A stretch of 64,000 nucleotides of DNA from a virus, in the IMG/VR virus record IMGVR_UViG_3300021425_002093, positions 64,001 through 128,000 of that record, one strand, 5' to 3'. The position numbers and the translations under genes were made by a program. The notes under the pieces were generated by a model. It was not told where the DNA came from and ran no database searches. It saw nothing but the letters and a program-made list of their open reading frames with translations. This document shows, one piece after another, positions 38,809 through 50,000 of this stretch; positions within the stretch are counted from its first letter, which is position 1, and each line of letters begins with the position of its first letter.

Positions 38809-39552
38809 TTATCCAATAAGATCATGCACAGGAATAGAGTAAGAGACTATCATTTCTTCTTCAAGTCTCTGTAGCTCTTCTCGTGCATCGTTAAGTATTT
38901 GCTCTCCGTTGAATTGAACCCCGCCAGGTAGTTGCATTCCGGTAAACTTAGTTAGATTGGTCCCCCACTGATATTTGATCTTTGCTGTTGCATAGTTTTG
39001 AAGCCAACGATCTTTCCACATATCAGCATACACTAAAGGATCTAATACTTTATATGCTTCAACAATTACATACTCATCAATATTAAGTTTTTCCCAATTA
39101 GCATCAATGTACAGCTTATTTACATGACGATTATAGCGAATTGGTTGTGCGCCCACTAATAGCTCTTCCATGAACTGCAAGTGATGCATCGTCATATAAT
39201 AGTTTGTCAGATTGTAGTTGACGATATCGTGAATGTTGTTCAGCACAAACTGATACTGAACGTTGAACATGCCAGTACTTGCTGTCAAGCTAGTGCTAAG
39301 CGGAAAGATGTTGACAACGCCGATTACTTCTTCTGGAATCGTAATATACTCGTTATCAATATCTGTTTGAGTAATCTGATGCTTGAGATACGTCTTTTCT
39401 ACACCATCGAAATGATAGTCATTCCAGTATGCGATTGCTTCGTCCACACGATCATCGACTTGATCTTGATCAACATTGACCTCAATAACAGGCTTTCCCA
39501 GCTTTCTGAGACACCATTCTTTAAAATCTTCTCTTGTAGTTGGTTGCGCCAT
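38809..39552 (-). CDS. gp13: Neck protein
   Basis: CLRKLGKPVIEVNVD..Q, YHFDG, QWGTNLTKF.GMQLPGGV..NG. Confidence 0.96.
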   Translation of the reverse strand: MAQPTTREDFKEWCLRKLGKPVIEVNVDQDQVDDRVDEAIAYWNDYHFDGVEKTYLKHQITQTDIDNEYITIPEEVIGVVNIFPLSTSLTASTGMFNVQYQFVLNNIHDIVNYNLTNYYMTMHHLQFMEELLVGAQPIRYNRHVNKLYIDANWEKLNIDEYVIVEAYKVLDPLVYADMWKDRWLQNYATAKIKYQWGTNLTKFTGMQLPGGVQFNGEQILNDAREELQRLEEEMIVSYSIPVHDLIG

Positions 39553-39584
39553 TTTCGCCTCTAAAGACTAAATTTATATATTGT

Positions 39585-39592
39585 TATTTATA
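39585..39592 (-). promoter_or_regulatory. T4-type late promoter
   Basis: TATAAATA upstream of gp13. Confidence 0.8.
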
Positions 39593-39605
39593 AGTACCTA
39601 TATTA

Positions 39606-40181
39606 CTATTCAGGTTTTTCAGGCCAAGTAAAATTTTGAGGAAATCCTGCCTGTTCTGTGATATCTCTAAGAGCTTGACGATAGTCTAGCCAGGCCTGAG
39701 TTGGAGACGGGGTATCTGAAAGCATCATATAATCAGTTTCAGTCAGTCTATTATTTCTATCCCTACGTATAAGATACGTTAATCTTTCTTCTACAACGGG
39801 TATTTCTTCTTCGGTTAAGGGAACTACACTATAAGTTGTTCTGATTTCTGTAGGTGTTTCTACAATACTTTCCTCGACTCTTTCTGTAAAAATATCGTAA
39901 GAAGGATAATCATCAGATACAATGCTTTGTGGAAGCGCATGTGTGTGCGTAGTTGTTATTTCTTCTCCTTCAAAATCAACCGCATCGGGAGCCGCACTTA
40001 TATCATTCCAGTTGGCCACAATCTTTGTCGCATATCGTTCCGCCATTTCTTTTAGCGCTTCTTTTTCCATTGAACTTGCAACAAAGTTTTTTAATTGATC
40101 GGGATGCCCTTCAGCAGAATATCTTATCTGAACAAAAAGATCTTTAGGGCGAATTTTTTCAAATTTGTATGTGTACTCCAT
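39606..40181 (-). CDS. Tail fibre assembly chaperone-like protein
   Basis: C-terminal R..RN..L..TDY....D.....W..YRQALRDIT.Q.GFP....WP..P. Confidence 0.85.
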   Translation of the reverse strand: MEYTYKFEKIRPKDLFVQIRYSAEGHPDQLKNFVASSMEKEALKEMAERYATKIVANWNDISAAPDAVDFEGEEITTTHTHALPQSIVSDDYPSYDIFTERVEESIVETPTEIRTTYSVVPLTEEEIPVVEERLTYLIRRDRNNRLTETDYMMLSDTPSPTQAWLDYRQALRDITEQAGFPQNFTWPEKPE

Positions 40182-40200
40182 TATTGTAATATCCTTTGTA

Positions 40201-41307
40201 CTAAACCGTTATCGTTAACGCCTGACTTGCCCCGGTAATTCCACTGGCGCTCAATGTAGTATCTAAAACACCGTCTACATATACTCTAATTCTTCCTGCG
40301 GCACCTCTTGCACCATTTGTTCCAGTGAATGCAGTCGGGGTTATTTGTGGAATTGAGTTCAATCCTGTTCCATCGTATCTGGCAGAACCGCCACCGCCAC
40401 CGCCAGCGCCGTATGCTCCACCCGCTCCGCCTCCGCCGGATGGGGCTCCTCCACCGCCTCCACCGCCTCCGGAGTCGCTAGCGTCAATAGCATTTCCTCC
40501 AATCCCGCCGTTATATTGAGTACCGCCCGATGATCCGCCAAATGTGTTAGTATTGCCAGCAGAGCTTTCTCCACCTCTTCCGCCAGCGTTAGAAACAAGT
40601 CCTCCTTGAGAAGATACAGCACTTGTGCCAGCGTTTCCAGCATATCGACCAGTTCCTCCACGTCCTCCATCCGTTCTAGTAGATTGCTGTCCTCCTCCTT
40701 CGCCACCTTTAGCCTCCGCTGTAGTGCCACCCAGAGGTCCGAAATTATCCGGTGTGCCGTCATCCGAAAATCCATTTAAGCCGGGACTCAAGTAGTAAGG
40801 ATATGAAGTATATGCAGTCCAGATTCCACTGTATCCAGCACCAAATCCACCTCTTCCTCTATTTGCTGTACCAAGATCAGCATAGCCAGCACCGCCTCCG
40901 CCCCCTGCGACACCTATAGTAACAGCAAAACTACTTCCGAGCATAGTAACGTATGATCCTGCTCCGCCACCGCCTGCTTCGGCTGCTGCATTTCCGTCTT
41001 CTCCACGTCCTCCTGCATACAAATTAAAAGAGCCTGATGCAGAAAGATCGTATGTTAATAATGTTTTGCCCCCGTTTCCCCACTGAGTATTTAAATCTCC
41101 TGCTCCGCCTCTAGCTCCCTCTATATCAAATTGGACAGACTTAGAAAAGCTAGCACCATAAAAGTCATCAAATGAAACTTCTGTGTTCGCAGTAGAAGTA
41201 ATCAACGCTCGAATGTCAGCATCATTTAAACTTGCAGTCGTTCCGGTTACCCCGCCTGCTTCAACGTGTATTTCATTTAAGTCAATTGATCCAGTTAAGG
41301 GTAACAT
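40201..41307 (-). CDS. Glycine-rich fibre-tip / adhesin-like protein
   Basis: N-terminal LP.TGSI.LNEIHVEAGG...SLND..IR...SF.DFYG attachment-like segment followed by polyglycine repeats. Confidence 0.75.
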   Translation of the reverse strand: MLPLTGSIDLNEIHVEAGGVTGTTASLNDADIRALITSTANTEVSFDDFYGASFSKSVQFDIEGARGGAGDLNTQWGNGGKTLLTYDLSASGSFNLYAGGRGEDGNAAAEAGGGGAGSYVTMLGSSFAVTIGVAGGGGGAGYADLGTANRGRGGFGAGYSGIWTAYTSYPYYLSPGLNGFSDDGTPDNFGPLGGTTAEAKGGEGGGQQSTRTDGGRGGTGRYAGNAGTSAVSSQGGLVSNAGGRGGESSAGNTNTFGGSSGGTQYNGGIGGNAIDASDSGGGGGGGGAPSGGGGAGGAYGAGGGGGGSARYDGTGLNSIPQITPTAFTGTNGARGAAGRIRVYVDGVLDTTLSASGITGASQALTITV

Positions 41308-41381
41308 ATTTTGATAATCTTATTATGGTTGAATGCACTAGAACTGCTTGATGTAATTATTGTTTCTTGATATCCCATAGT

Positions 41382-42101
41382 TTACTGTCCTATTTCTAAT
41401 TGAATGTTTGCCTGTCCTATCATAGTAACATCATTGACGAACAATTTAAGACCAATAAGTCTAGTGCCCGCCCCCTGGCCGGAGTTTGCAATTGTAAAAG
41501 TTTTACCTAAAGTTTCATTCTGAGCGACCGCTTGGGATACTCCGCTTGAAGCACTATATGTCCACGTCCCATTGTTTTGTTCAAAAAACGTCTGCACGCC
41601 AGAGGAGCTAATCGTAGTCCAGTTTGCTCGTAGTGTACTTAGACTAAATGGAACTTGTGGAAAAGGAAATGCATTTCGAATATCGCATTGCCCCGCCTGC
41701 AGCCAAGTTGTAGAAAGAGTAGTATTTCCTAACGTACTTTCTATAATTGACGCAGTAGTTGATCCTCTTTGATACTCCATTCGCATTCTCCATGCACTAT
41801 TATCACCTCCTACGAATGAGCCACTAATCCTAAATCGCATCGAAGCTTGAGTACCAGTAGTTCTCACTATCACTTTTGGATTTGTGGTGTCAGTCAATCC
41901 ATTTTGATACGTCATATACCTACGGCATGAGCCGTAAAAGTTATCAAACCCGGGTACACCGTTTCCGATCTGAGGAGAGTCATCGCCATATCCTATAGCA
42001 TATCTAAACTCATCAACACTATCTGGTCTGGATGGATAAGACGGATCATGCTCACTTGCAATTTGATCCAAAGTGATTGTGCCGCTTGTAGCAAGTCCCA
42101 T
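41382..42101 (-). CDS. Fibre-tip-like protein
   Basis: N-terminal L.TSG.ITLDQI..E...F.NFYG related to 40201-41307; coupled to the fibre stop. Confidence 0.7.
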   Translation of the reverse strand: MGLATSGTITLDQIASEHDPSYPSRPDSVDEFRYAIGYGDDSPQIGNGVPGFDNFYGSCRRYMTYQNGLTDTTNPKVIVRTTGTQASMRFRISGSFVGGDNSAWRMRMEYQRGSTTASIIESTLGNTTLSTTWLQAGQCDIRNAFPFPQVPFSLSTLRANWTTISSSGVQTFFEQNNGTWTYSASSGVSQAVAQNETLGKTFTIANSGQGAGTRLIGLKLFVNDVTMIGQANIQLEIGQ

Positions 42102-45100
42102 TACTGTTTCTCCAATAGGTGCTTAACCATTGCTTTCAGTTCGTCAATTTCTTTCTTTTGATCCTTCACTGCTTCAATCAAATATCCAACTAAGTTACCA
42201 TATGATACACTTTTATATTCTCCATCTTGTACTAACTCTGGAGCAACTTCTTCAAGTTCTTGTGCGATAACACCAGAGCCGGATTGTCCATCTTTGATGA
42301 ATGATACACCACGCATATCATAAACTTTCGATCCGTCAAGTGTTTCAATGTCCGTTTTCAAACGAACATCTGAGAATGCGCTTACGTTGCCACTAGCCGT
42401 GATACTGCCTGGGAAAGAAGAGTTTCCTGCCGCATCGTTAATAGTTGCCGTGTTTCTTTGAGACCAAGCGGTAGCAGTGTAAAAATTACTAGCACCGTCA
42501 TTCCAGTTATTAGGATGACTAATTACTTGCAATCCACCTTCCGCTACAACGTAAACAATCTCACCAGTCAAGGAACCACCAGAGCCGTTTGTAATAGCGG
42601 TGTATGATTCACCGCCAGTTATTATTACTTCCTGTCCAGTCGAGTTATCGTAGACTTCAGCGGTGACCCTACCATTGGAGGGTAGAGACAAACTGTTCGC
42701 TGATATTGTTCCTGTGAAAATTGCATTTCCAGTAGCATCAATTCGAAAGGGAACTGCTGTGGTGACCTGAGTACCACCAGTAGCGCCAGTGATCTGCTCA
42801 AATCTAATTTCACCAGTTTCTCTTAGATTCATTGCGCTATAGGCCGTGGCGCTCGGATTCATTTGTCTTAACTCTGCGCCATAGTAGTATCCGCCAGAGC
42901 TAGCAACTAAAGAGCCATTTACATTTCCTATAAAAGAGTTTCCGCTGTTTTCTTCCAAAATATAATGATAGTTTGCTCCACCATAAGTGTAATTTTTTGT
43001 AGCGCTGACCGTAGTTCCGCTGACTATCGAAGTTCCCGAAATTAGCTGTCCATCAGTCTTGAAAGTGGCGTTTCCGCCTCCGCTTCCAGATTGCTTTGTA
43101 CCGTATTCTGTAATATGCTCTAAAGAGTTTCCAACGAAGCTATGTGATCCTGTAAACGTAATTGCTTCATTTCCTTGCGGATGGACTTCAACGGCGATAT
43201 TAGTACTAGATGATGTAGCTTGACCGTGCTTAATCTCTAGTGCAAAATTGTCATTATTATCGCTAGTAATTCTAATAGCAAGTGGAGTATAGAATCCAGA
43301 ATCAGTTCGAATAAAAATATCTTGCGAATGATTTACTATAATGTAAGCAGTAACTGCTACCACAACATTATTAGACGTTCCGGAAAAATTAACTTGCAAT
43401 GCTGAACCATATCCATTTCCGTCACATGTAAACACTGTCGTATAGGTAGTATCATTTACACCAACAGCAGTTGCCCTTGTTCTTAGTGCAGGAGTACTAT
43501 TGTCAGCATATATTATATCATGACCTGAAGTAATCCGGATGTTTTCGTCAACTGTAAAATCACCAGCATCCTCAAAGTATGCGGCGAATTTACCGAGCGT
43601 ATGATTATACCAGCCAAATCCACTAGCGACTGTTCCCGTATTATCTCGGCCCATCCACCACTTATCTGAAGCGTCATCAGCAAAGATAATTGCTCTCTCA
43701 GTGTTGCTTGGCCCGTCAATTAAAATATGGGGATTCGTATTAGAAGTGTTGGTTTTATACAGATGCAATAGGTGATCGGGACTCGTGGTTCCAATGCCAA
43801 CATTTCCATCAGCCCGAATCGTCATAGCATCCGATTGGACTGTAGTTTGTATGAGCCTTGCTGTTGTATCAGTTGTAGTTCCTACTACATTTGTGTTCGT
43901 TGGTCTAGCTAAAAACTGCGTATTTGATGGAACAGAAATGACAGTGTAGCTACTAGCGAACGCACCACCGATTATAGCAATCTTTTGTCCAACTGTAAAC
44001 GATGCAGTCCCATGACTAACAGTAACAATGTTATCACTATCTACTGATATAGACGTTGTGTTTGCTGCAGAAGTTTGTCTACCCACTTCAAAGATAAAGC
44101 TTTGTGAACATTCCTCATTTAATCCCAATGTATTAGTAGAGTTTTCACTTCCCACTTTAATTCTAGATTGACCCGCTGAGTTAGTGTCACTATTCTTAAA
44201 TACAATTGCACTACCAGCAACCGATGCGCCAACATCACCCCTATATGTCTCTATCGTCAGTACGTCAGAAACACCAGAGTTCCCAATGTCAAATACATGA
44301 AATTGCGAATCAGGTTCAACTAAGATGTTTCCACGACCTATTCCAGTATTACCATTACTTCCCTTAATTCTTATGTGGCCTAATTCGTTAGTACCTAAAA
44401 TTAGATCCCTAACATTGCTGTTATGATAGATATGAGCCGCTTCAGCATCTAGAGCAAATCCTAATCTATATCCATTGCCTTGTATTGTAGCTTGTCCAGT
44501 ACCATTGACGTTCATGCTGAGATCAGTTTCATCTTTCACATGAAGTTTAGCTAATGGTACTCTCTCGCCTATACCCACATTTCCTGTTGGTAATAGATTC
44601 ATTCGACTATTATCGTCAACAAATGTTTCACCGTAGCTAAAGGATAATTCATCGTCTTGATTTAATCCAACAAACCAATACTCAGATCCGAGGCTTGTAT
44701 TTCTAATGGCAAGAGCAGGTTCTCCTGCTGTCGCATTATCATTTTCTATCAAAACGCCACCCGTGAAAGTACCGTCACCAGCGCCATTATTGCGCACATG
44801 AAGTTTAAATGCAGGATCGACTTCTCCAATGCCGACGTTCCCGTTGCTCTTCATTCGAAGAACTTCTTGATATGTTGTAAATGAATTTAATCCACTTGTA
44901 GAAATATCAAATCGTAAGTTTCCAGCATCGAGAACTTGTCTCCACCAAACATCCGGATCTTGATCAAGCTCTCCAAAGTAAATATAAGGAGCTGCTGAAG
45001 ATTCTAGTTCTAAGCTTTCCGCATTTACTCGTCCAGAAAATGTGGCAGCATTCGTTTGATAAGAAAGCTCCAAGGCATTCTGGACACCATCGAAGAAAGC

Positions 45101-47050
45101 AAACGAAGTACTGCCCGGCCCAGTTAATCCAAATCTCCAAAGGTTAATTGATCCTTCATCTCTAAATGCAATTTGAGATCGACCTGTAGCGGATGCTCGA
45201 TCAATCGCTAGACCAGCATCTCCATCAGCGAGAGTAATAACAGTAGCATTTTTTGAGGATAGTTTTCTAGCAATTGCAACATCACCATTATTTTCACATG
45301 TTATAAAGCTTGTAAACGCACCAGATACATCCGTATTAGCAGATTGTCCCGTAAATCCAAAAAGACGCATTCCTCCATTACTATACTCAAGATCAATTGC
45401 AGATCCATATGTTGCTGTACTAGTCCAACCATTATTATAATAGACATTGGAAGAAATATGAGCATTTTGAGTAGTTAAGAAAAGCGTGCCCGTACTTCCC
45501 GACCCGAATCCTGCAACAGTTTGAAAGCCTGCTCCAGTTGGCTTTTCGAATAATACATAAGTGCTATCTGGACTAAAGGTGCTTATTCCGTTCGCCTGAA
45601 GTCCTTCAACAGTTGCTGTACCAAGTAGCGACATAGCACCTGATGGCTGAATTATCATTGGATATGTTAATGCACCAATCTCTCCAGTTGCAAACTTGAA
45701 TTTTCCCCCACCTCCAGCATTTGCATTTGAGTGTAAAACAATATCAGAGATACTAGAAAGTACTGTCTTATTTGATCCGTCGATATAGTTTGTTGTATCG
45801 TCATCAAACTCTAAGAAATCATATGTGCCATTTGAAACTAGTTGTGTGGAAACAGTTCCCTCAAAAGTTGCGGCTAAAGATGTGCCACTTATAGTTAGAG
45901 CTAATGCCGAATTTGCTGTTGAGGTGCTATTTGCATCTCCATCAACGTATAACTGAAAATCCCCACGATTGTTTCTGACAACAATTGAGCCTCCGTCATC
46001 AGTTAATAGAAGATCTGCAAACTGATCATTGGCGTTTCCTACAAATAACGAATTTGTTGTATCTGGCGAAACAGTTACCACAGAAATTGTACTGCTAGAA
46101 TTAATATCTGGAGAGTCGATGGATGATGCAGTGAGACTACCAGAGTGAATCGCTCCAGCGACACCAAGTCCTCCAGCGAGAGTCATTGATCCAGTTGTTG
46201 TACTTGTTGATGCTGTCGTATCTGTCATATTGACAGTGCTGTATGCTGTCGTTGGGCCAAACCTATTCCAATCATATCCATAGTTTAGTCGATTTGTATT
46301 ATATGCGACTAAGAAAAGATTATTGATTCTTACAGCGCCACTGACGTTGTTCGGATTTTTAAGTGTGTATCGAACCGCTGTAACACCATTCGCATTGTTT
46401 CCCGCAACTGGACGTACAATGGTGTTTTCAGTTCCGTTTGTAATGTCACACTCAGTTTGCCATGCGCCGTTTCGAAACGTTTCTATTTTTACGTCTCTAG
46501 CACGAAATGATCCTGATCCAAAAGTAATTCCTACAATAGCGGAATATGTTGTAGCGTTAACATCAGTGATTTCTATAACAAGTGGAGTTGTAGATGTCGC
46601 AAGCGTATATTGAGAAGGATTAGAATCACCAAGGAATTGACTGCCAGAATTAGAAACAGTTAGCCCATTGATTGTAGTCGTAACTGTATATTTTTTATCA
46701 GCGCCTGCTAAGACGTTGTAACTAGCGGGATCGATAAATCCCTGATTTTCCATTGCATGTTCAGCAACTACACCTCTCAACACAGTTCCTGTAGAGGTCG
46801 AAGGAAATGTTCCGCTGAAGTTACCTACTCTAAGTTCATCAATTGTCACTCGATTAGCATTGTTGTCAAGTCGAATGATATCACCGTTTGAACCGGAGAT
46901 CGTTAGATTCGCAACTCCAGCTACAATATTAGTATTGAGTGTAATCGTGTCCGCTTCAGTACTAGTTGCTCCAGTAAACTCAATTTTAGGAACATTACTT
47001 GTAGATCCCACATTGGGCGTAATTAAAATGTTTTTATCTTCCCAGGCCAT
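42101..47050 (-). CDS. Long tail fibre with C-terminal S74 autocleaving chaperone (1649 aa)
   Basis: GNVGIG repeats; FSDVRLKTDI...GVIAQELE...L..LIEAVK. Confidence 0.88.
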   Translation of the reverse strand: MAWEDKNILITPNVGSTSNVPKIEFTGATSTEADTITLNTNIVAGVANLTISGSNGDIIRLDNNANRVTIDELRVGNFSGTFPSTSTGTVLRGVVAEHAMENQGFIDPASYNVLAGADKKYTVTTTINGLTVSNSGSQFLGDSNPSQYTLATSTTPLVIEITDVNATTYSAIVGITFGSGSFRARDVKIETFRNGAWQTECDITNGTENTIVRPVAGNNANGVTAVRYTLKNPNNVSGAVRINNLFLVAYNTNRLNYGYDWNRFGPTTAYSTVNMTDTTASTSTTTGSMTLAGGLGVAGAIHSGSLTASSIDSPDINSSSTISVVTVSPDTTNSLFVGNANDQFADLLLTDDGGSIVVRNNRGDFQLYVDGDANSTSTANSALALTISGTSLAATFEGTVSTQLVSNGTYDFLEFDDDTTNYIDGSNKTVLSSISDIVLHSNANAGGGGKFKFATGEIGALTYPMIIQPSGAMSLLGTATVEGLQANGISTFSPDSTYVLFEKPTGAGFQTVAGFGSGSTGTLFLTTQNAHISSNVYYNNGWTSTATYGSAIDLEYSNGGMRLFGFTGQSANTDVSGAFTSFITCENNGDVAIARKLSSKNATVITLADGDAGLAIDRASATGRSQIAFRDEGSINLWRFGLTGPGSTSFAFFDGVQNALELSYQTNAATFSGRVNAESLELESSAAPYIYFGELDQDPDVWWRQVLDAGNLRFDISTSGLNSFTTYQEVLRMKSNGNVGIGEVDPAFKLHVRNNGAGDGTFTGGVLIENDNATAGEPALAIRNTSLGSEYWFVGLNQDDELSFSYGETFVDDNSRMNLLPTGNVGIGERVPLAKLHVKDETDLSMNVNGTGQATIQGNGYRLGFALDAEAAHIYHNSNVRDLILGTNELGHIRIKGSNGNTGIGRGNILVEPDSQFHVFDIGNSGVSDVLTIETYRGDVGASVAGSAIVFKNSDTNSAGQSRIKVGSENSTNTLGLNEECSQSFIFEVGRQTSAANTTSISVDSDNIVTVSHGTASFTVGQKIAIIGGAFASSYTVISVPSNTQFLARPTNTNVVGTTTDTTARLIQTTVQSDAMTIRADGNVGIGTTSPDHLLHLYKTNTSNTNPHILIDGPSNTERAIIFADDASDKWWMGRDNTGTVASGFGWYNHTLGKFAAYFEDAGDFTVDENIRITSGHDIIYADNSTPALRTRATAVGVNDTTYTTVFTCDGNGYGSALQVNFSGTSNNVVVAVTAYIIVNHSQDIFIRTDSGFYTPLAIRITSDNNDNFALEIKHGQATSSSTNIAVEVHPQGNEAITFTGSHSFVGNSLEHITEYGTKQSGSGGGNATFKTDGQLISGTSIVSGTTVSATKNYTYGGANYHYILEENSGNSFIGNVNGSLVASSGGYYYGAELRQMNPSATAYSAMNLRETGEIRFEQITGATGGTQVTTAVPFRIDATGNAIFTGTISANSLSLPSNGRVTAEVYDNSTGQEVIITGGESYTAITNGSGGSLTGEIVYVVAEGGLQVISHPNNWNDGASNFYTATAWSQRNTATINDAAGNSSFPGSITASGNVSAFSDVRLKTDIETLDGSKVYDMRGVSFIKDGQSGSGVIAQELEEVAPELVQDGEYKSVSYGNLVGYLIEAVKDQKKEIDELKAMVKHLLEKQ

Positions 47051-47059
47051 GTGAGTCCT

Positions 47060-50000
47060 TTACTTGTAAATCGCAGACATTAAAAAATCGAGTTTATCAT
47101 TTATATTATTTATTGTCTCTTGCTGATCTTCTATAACCTGCTGTTGCTCTTTGATTGCTTCGATTAGCAAAGGAACAATTCGCTCATAGTCAACAGTAAG
47201 AAACTCGTGATCAGTTCCAGACTTTTGCGTATAGTTTCCGTTAAACGGAGCAATCGATACAGCCTCAGGTAAGACTTCTTGAATCTCTTGTGCGAGAACA
47301 CCCACTTCATGAGGCTTTGTAGGATGGAAGTCGTACTCAGAAGTGATATCATCTATCCAATCATATTCAACACCACGAATCTTCTTGACTTTATCAATTG
47401 GATTAAGTATATTTTGGATATTTGTTTTGAGTCTTGCATCAGACGCATACGCTAAAACATTTCCCGTTGCACATACACTACCCGTAGTAGCATTGAGGAA
47501 TATCCTTGCATTGCCATCAGCCGCTGCATATAGACCCCAGCCATCAGCGTCCGCAAAGCCTATGAATGAAGCATTTGTATTCGTATATCCGATCCCATAC
47601 ATGTTAGATAAAGTTAGTGTGTCTGAAGATGGATTATAATTGCTACCAATTGTATAAATTGGATTTGAACGTGCGGAGTTTTCCCCAATATTATTATATG
47701 ATCCTTCAAGATGTCCAGAGTCATGCGAGCCTCTAGTTAACACATGACCCGAAGCTAAATTTATGTCTTGTTGATGTGTACTGAAATTAGTATACAACCC
47801 AACACCATCATTAAATAAATCCGCAAGTAATGAAATTCTGGTTGAGGTGCCAGTCTGACCACCTATATCTGCTCCGCTAGAATTTTTGATCATTGCCGAA
47901 GATTGATCGGAAATTGGAGAAGGATTAAATCCAGTAGTATATGCTGTGACTACTGACTCTGTATGGAAGAAATAGTTTTCTCCACCACGCAAATAAACGA
48001 TTATAAATCTTTGGTTTCCTGTTGTTCTGTATATTCCGAGAATCGTTTTCTCGGTAGAATCATACACATTATATTCAAAACGATATCCAAACTGCATGTC
48101 TGAATATCCCTGTGGACGTGCCCATCCTACAACCATATTGTTGTTATAAGGATCACTGCCAGACTGAGAGCTTTGAGACATAGTAAATTCATATGTGTTG
48201 TCGTAAGCACCACCTGTGGACTGAGATATCACAACAGGATAAAAATTAGATTGGCTAAGTCCCGCTAGATTAATATTTTGTCGAGTTCTCTGAGGAGCAT
48301 CCACTCCTCCGATTCTCAATGACGTACAATCTACTGTATTAAGGTATGCATTTCTGCTCTGATCCAAAAACAGACTTGCACTCATGTACAGACCAGTTGT
48401 ACCTGTCTGATTATTTCTAAAGTATACATCACCCCCGTCTGCTTGGAAATTTAGCGATGCGTTAGCGCCATTAGTTCTAGCCATGATTTCATTAGAGTCC
48501 ATGATAATGTTAGCGCTATTGCTTGGACCAATCTGCAAAGCGTGAGTAGTGCTGGCCAAAGCCGCATCAGCAGTGCTTGTTAGCACTAATCTACTTGCTG
48601 TAACTTCACCATCGGAAGAGTCAATAATAACATTATCACCACTACCACTATTTGCAATAAACTTAAAGTCTTGATCGACTCGGAAGCGATAGCTATTTTG
48701 ATCGTTTACATCACCTTCACCCCAGCGCTGAAGATTTGTATTTTCATCTCTTTTCTTAATATAAAGCTGAGAAGAATCACTGACAACTGTTCCCGTTGTA
48801 CCAATCGCTAATACTTCTGGAACACTTACAAATCCAGTGTCGCTAACAAATAACTTTGAGTTTGCTATATATTCAGATTGGCCCCCAACTTCATCATATC
48901 CAACAGCCCAACCATTGAAGTTGTTATTGTAGATAATTCCAGAGAACCACTCTTCGCCAGGAAATAAAGTATCAAGATATTTCGTCCCTATTCCACGTCC
49001 TTCATATCCAGTCATTTCAAAGATTGTTGTAGACGCTGGTGCACCTGCCGTATCTGTTGCTTTAAGTCTTAGTACTGCACCTGTGACGTTTCCACCAAAT
49101 GTATGTGATCCACCGGTCGCTGTTATCCCAGCGTCTGTCAGCGTAAGATCCGTAGAACTTAGTGACATTTTGACACTCATACTTACTGGATCAGATTCTG
49201 CAATTACAGGATTACCAGTTCCCTGATACCATTGGAAAATGTCGCCATTAAGCACAAAAGCACTTCTTTCGAGTGCTACTCCGCTAGAACTAACCCAGTC
49301 TCCTCCCCCACCTGTTGTAGCAGGCCAGACTCCATATCCCATAACGGGACCACCGGACGATCTTTGTCCTCCCCAAGTAGCGATAGTGTCTGAATTATAT
49401 CGTCCAGCAAGAATCCTAGATCCTGTTACAGTATCTTCATCTCCAGCGTCAATTAGACCTTGAACTGTGACAGCTTGCGTACTAAAAAGAGTAGCATCAC
49501 CCCGAATATAGTTTAGATACGTTCCAGCAGTGCTGTCATAATATCCGAAGTGTGTGCGATTATCTCCCTGATTTGTTCCATAATCATCTGTTGATAAGTA
49601 TGCTTGTCCGTTCGGTATTGTGAAGGATCCAAACTGAGATATCTGACCACTATTTACTTCCAGTTTTCCGCCAACTCGATAGCTGCCACTTGTGCTTGCG
49701 GACGAGGTTGCAACACTGTTGTCCAATTGTACTTCAGCAAGAAGTGTGTTGGAAGCAGTATAGGGTGCTAAAGCAGATTCAAATGTAGGCGGCTGTTGAT
49801 TCGATGCAGCTCCCCAAGCACTACAGTATAAAGTAAATGCTGATATAGAACTATAAGTTAATTTAATCTGAACATACATGAGTCCGCTAGTATCGTCTCG
49901 AACTACTCGTGCTGCAGCTGCACCTGGCCAGGCACCGTTTTGCGTCCATGTGCTTGCAAGATTGTGAATATATGCGGTGTTTGATGGTCCATATCCCACA

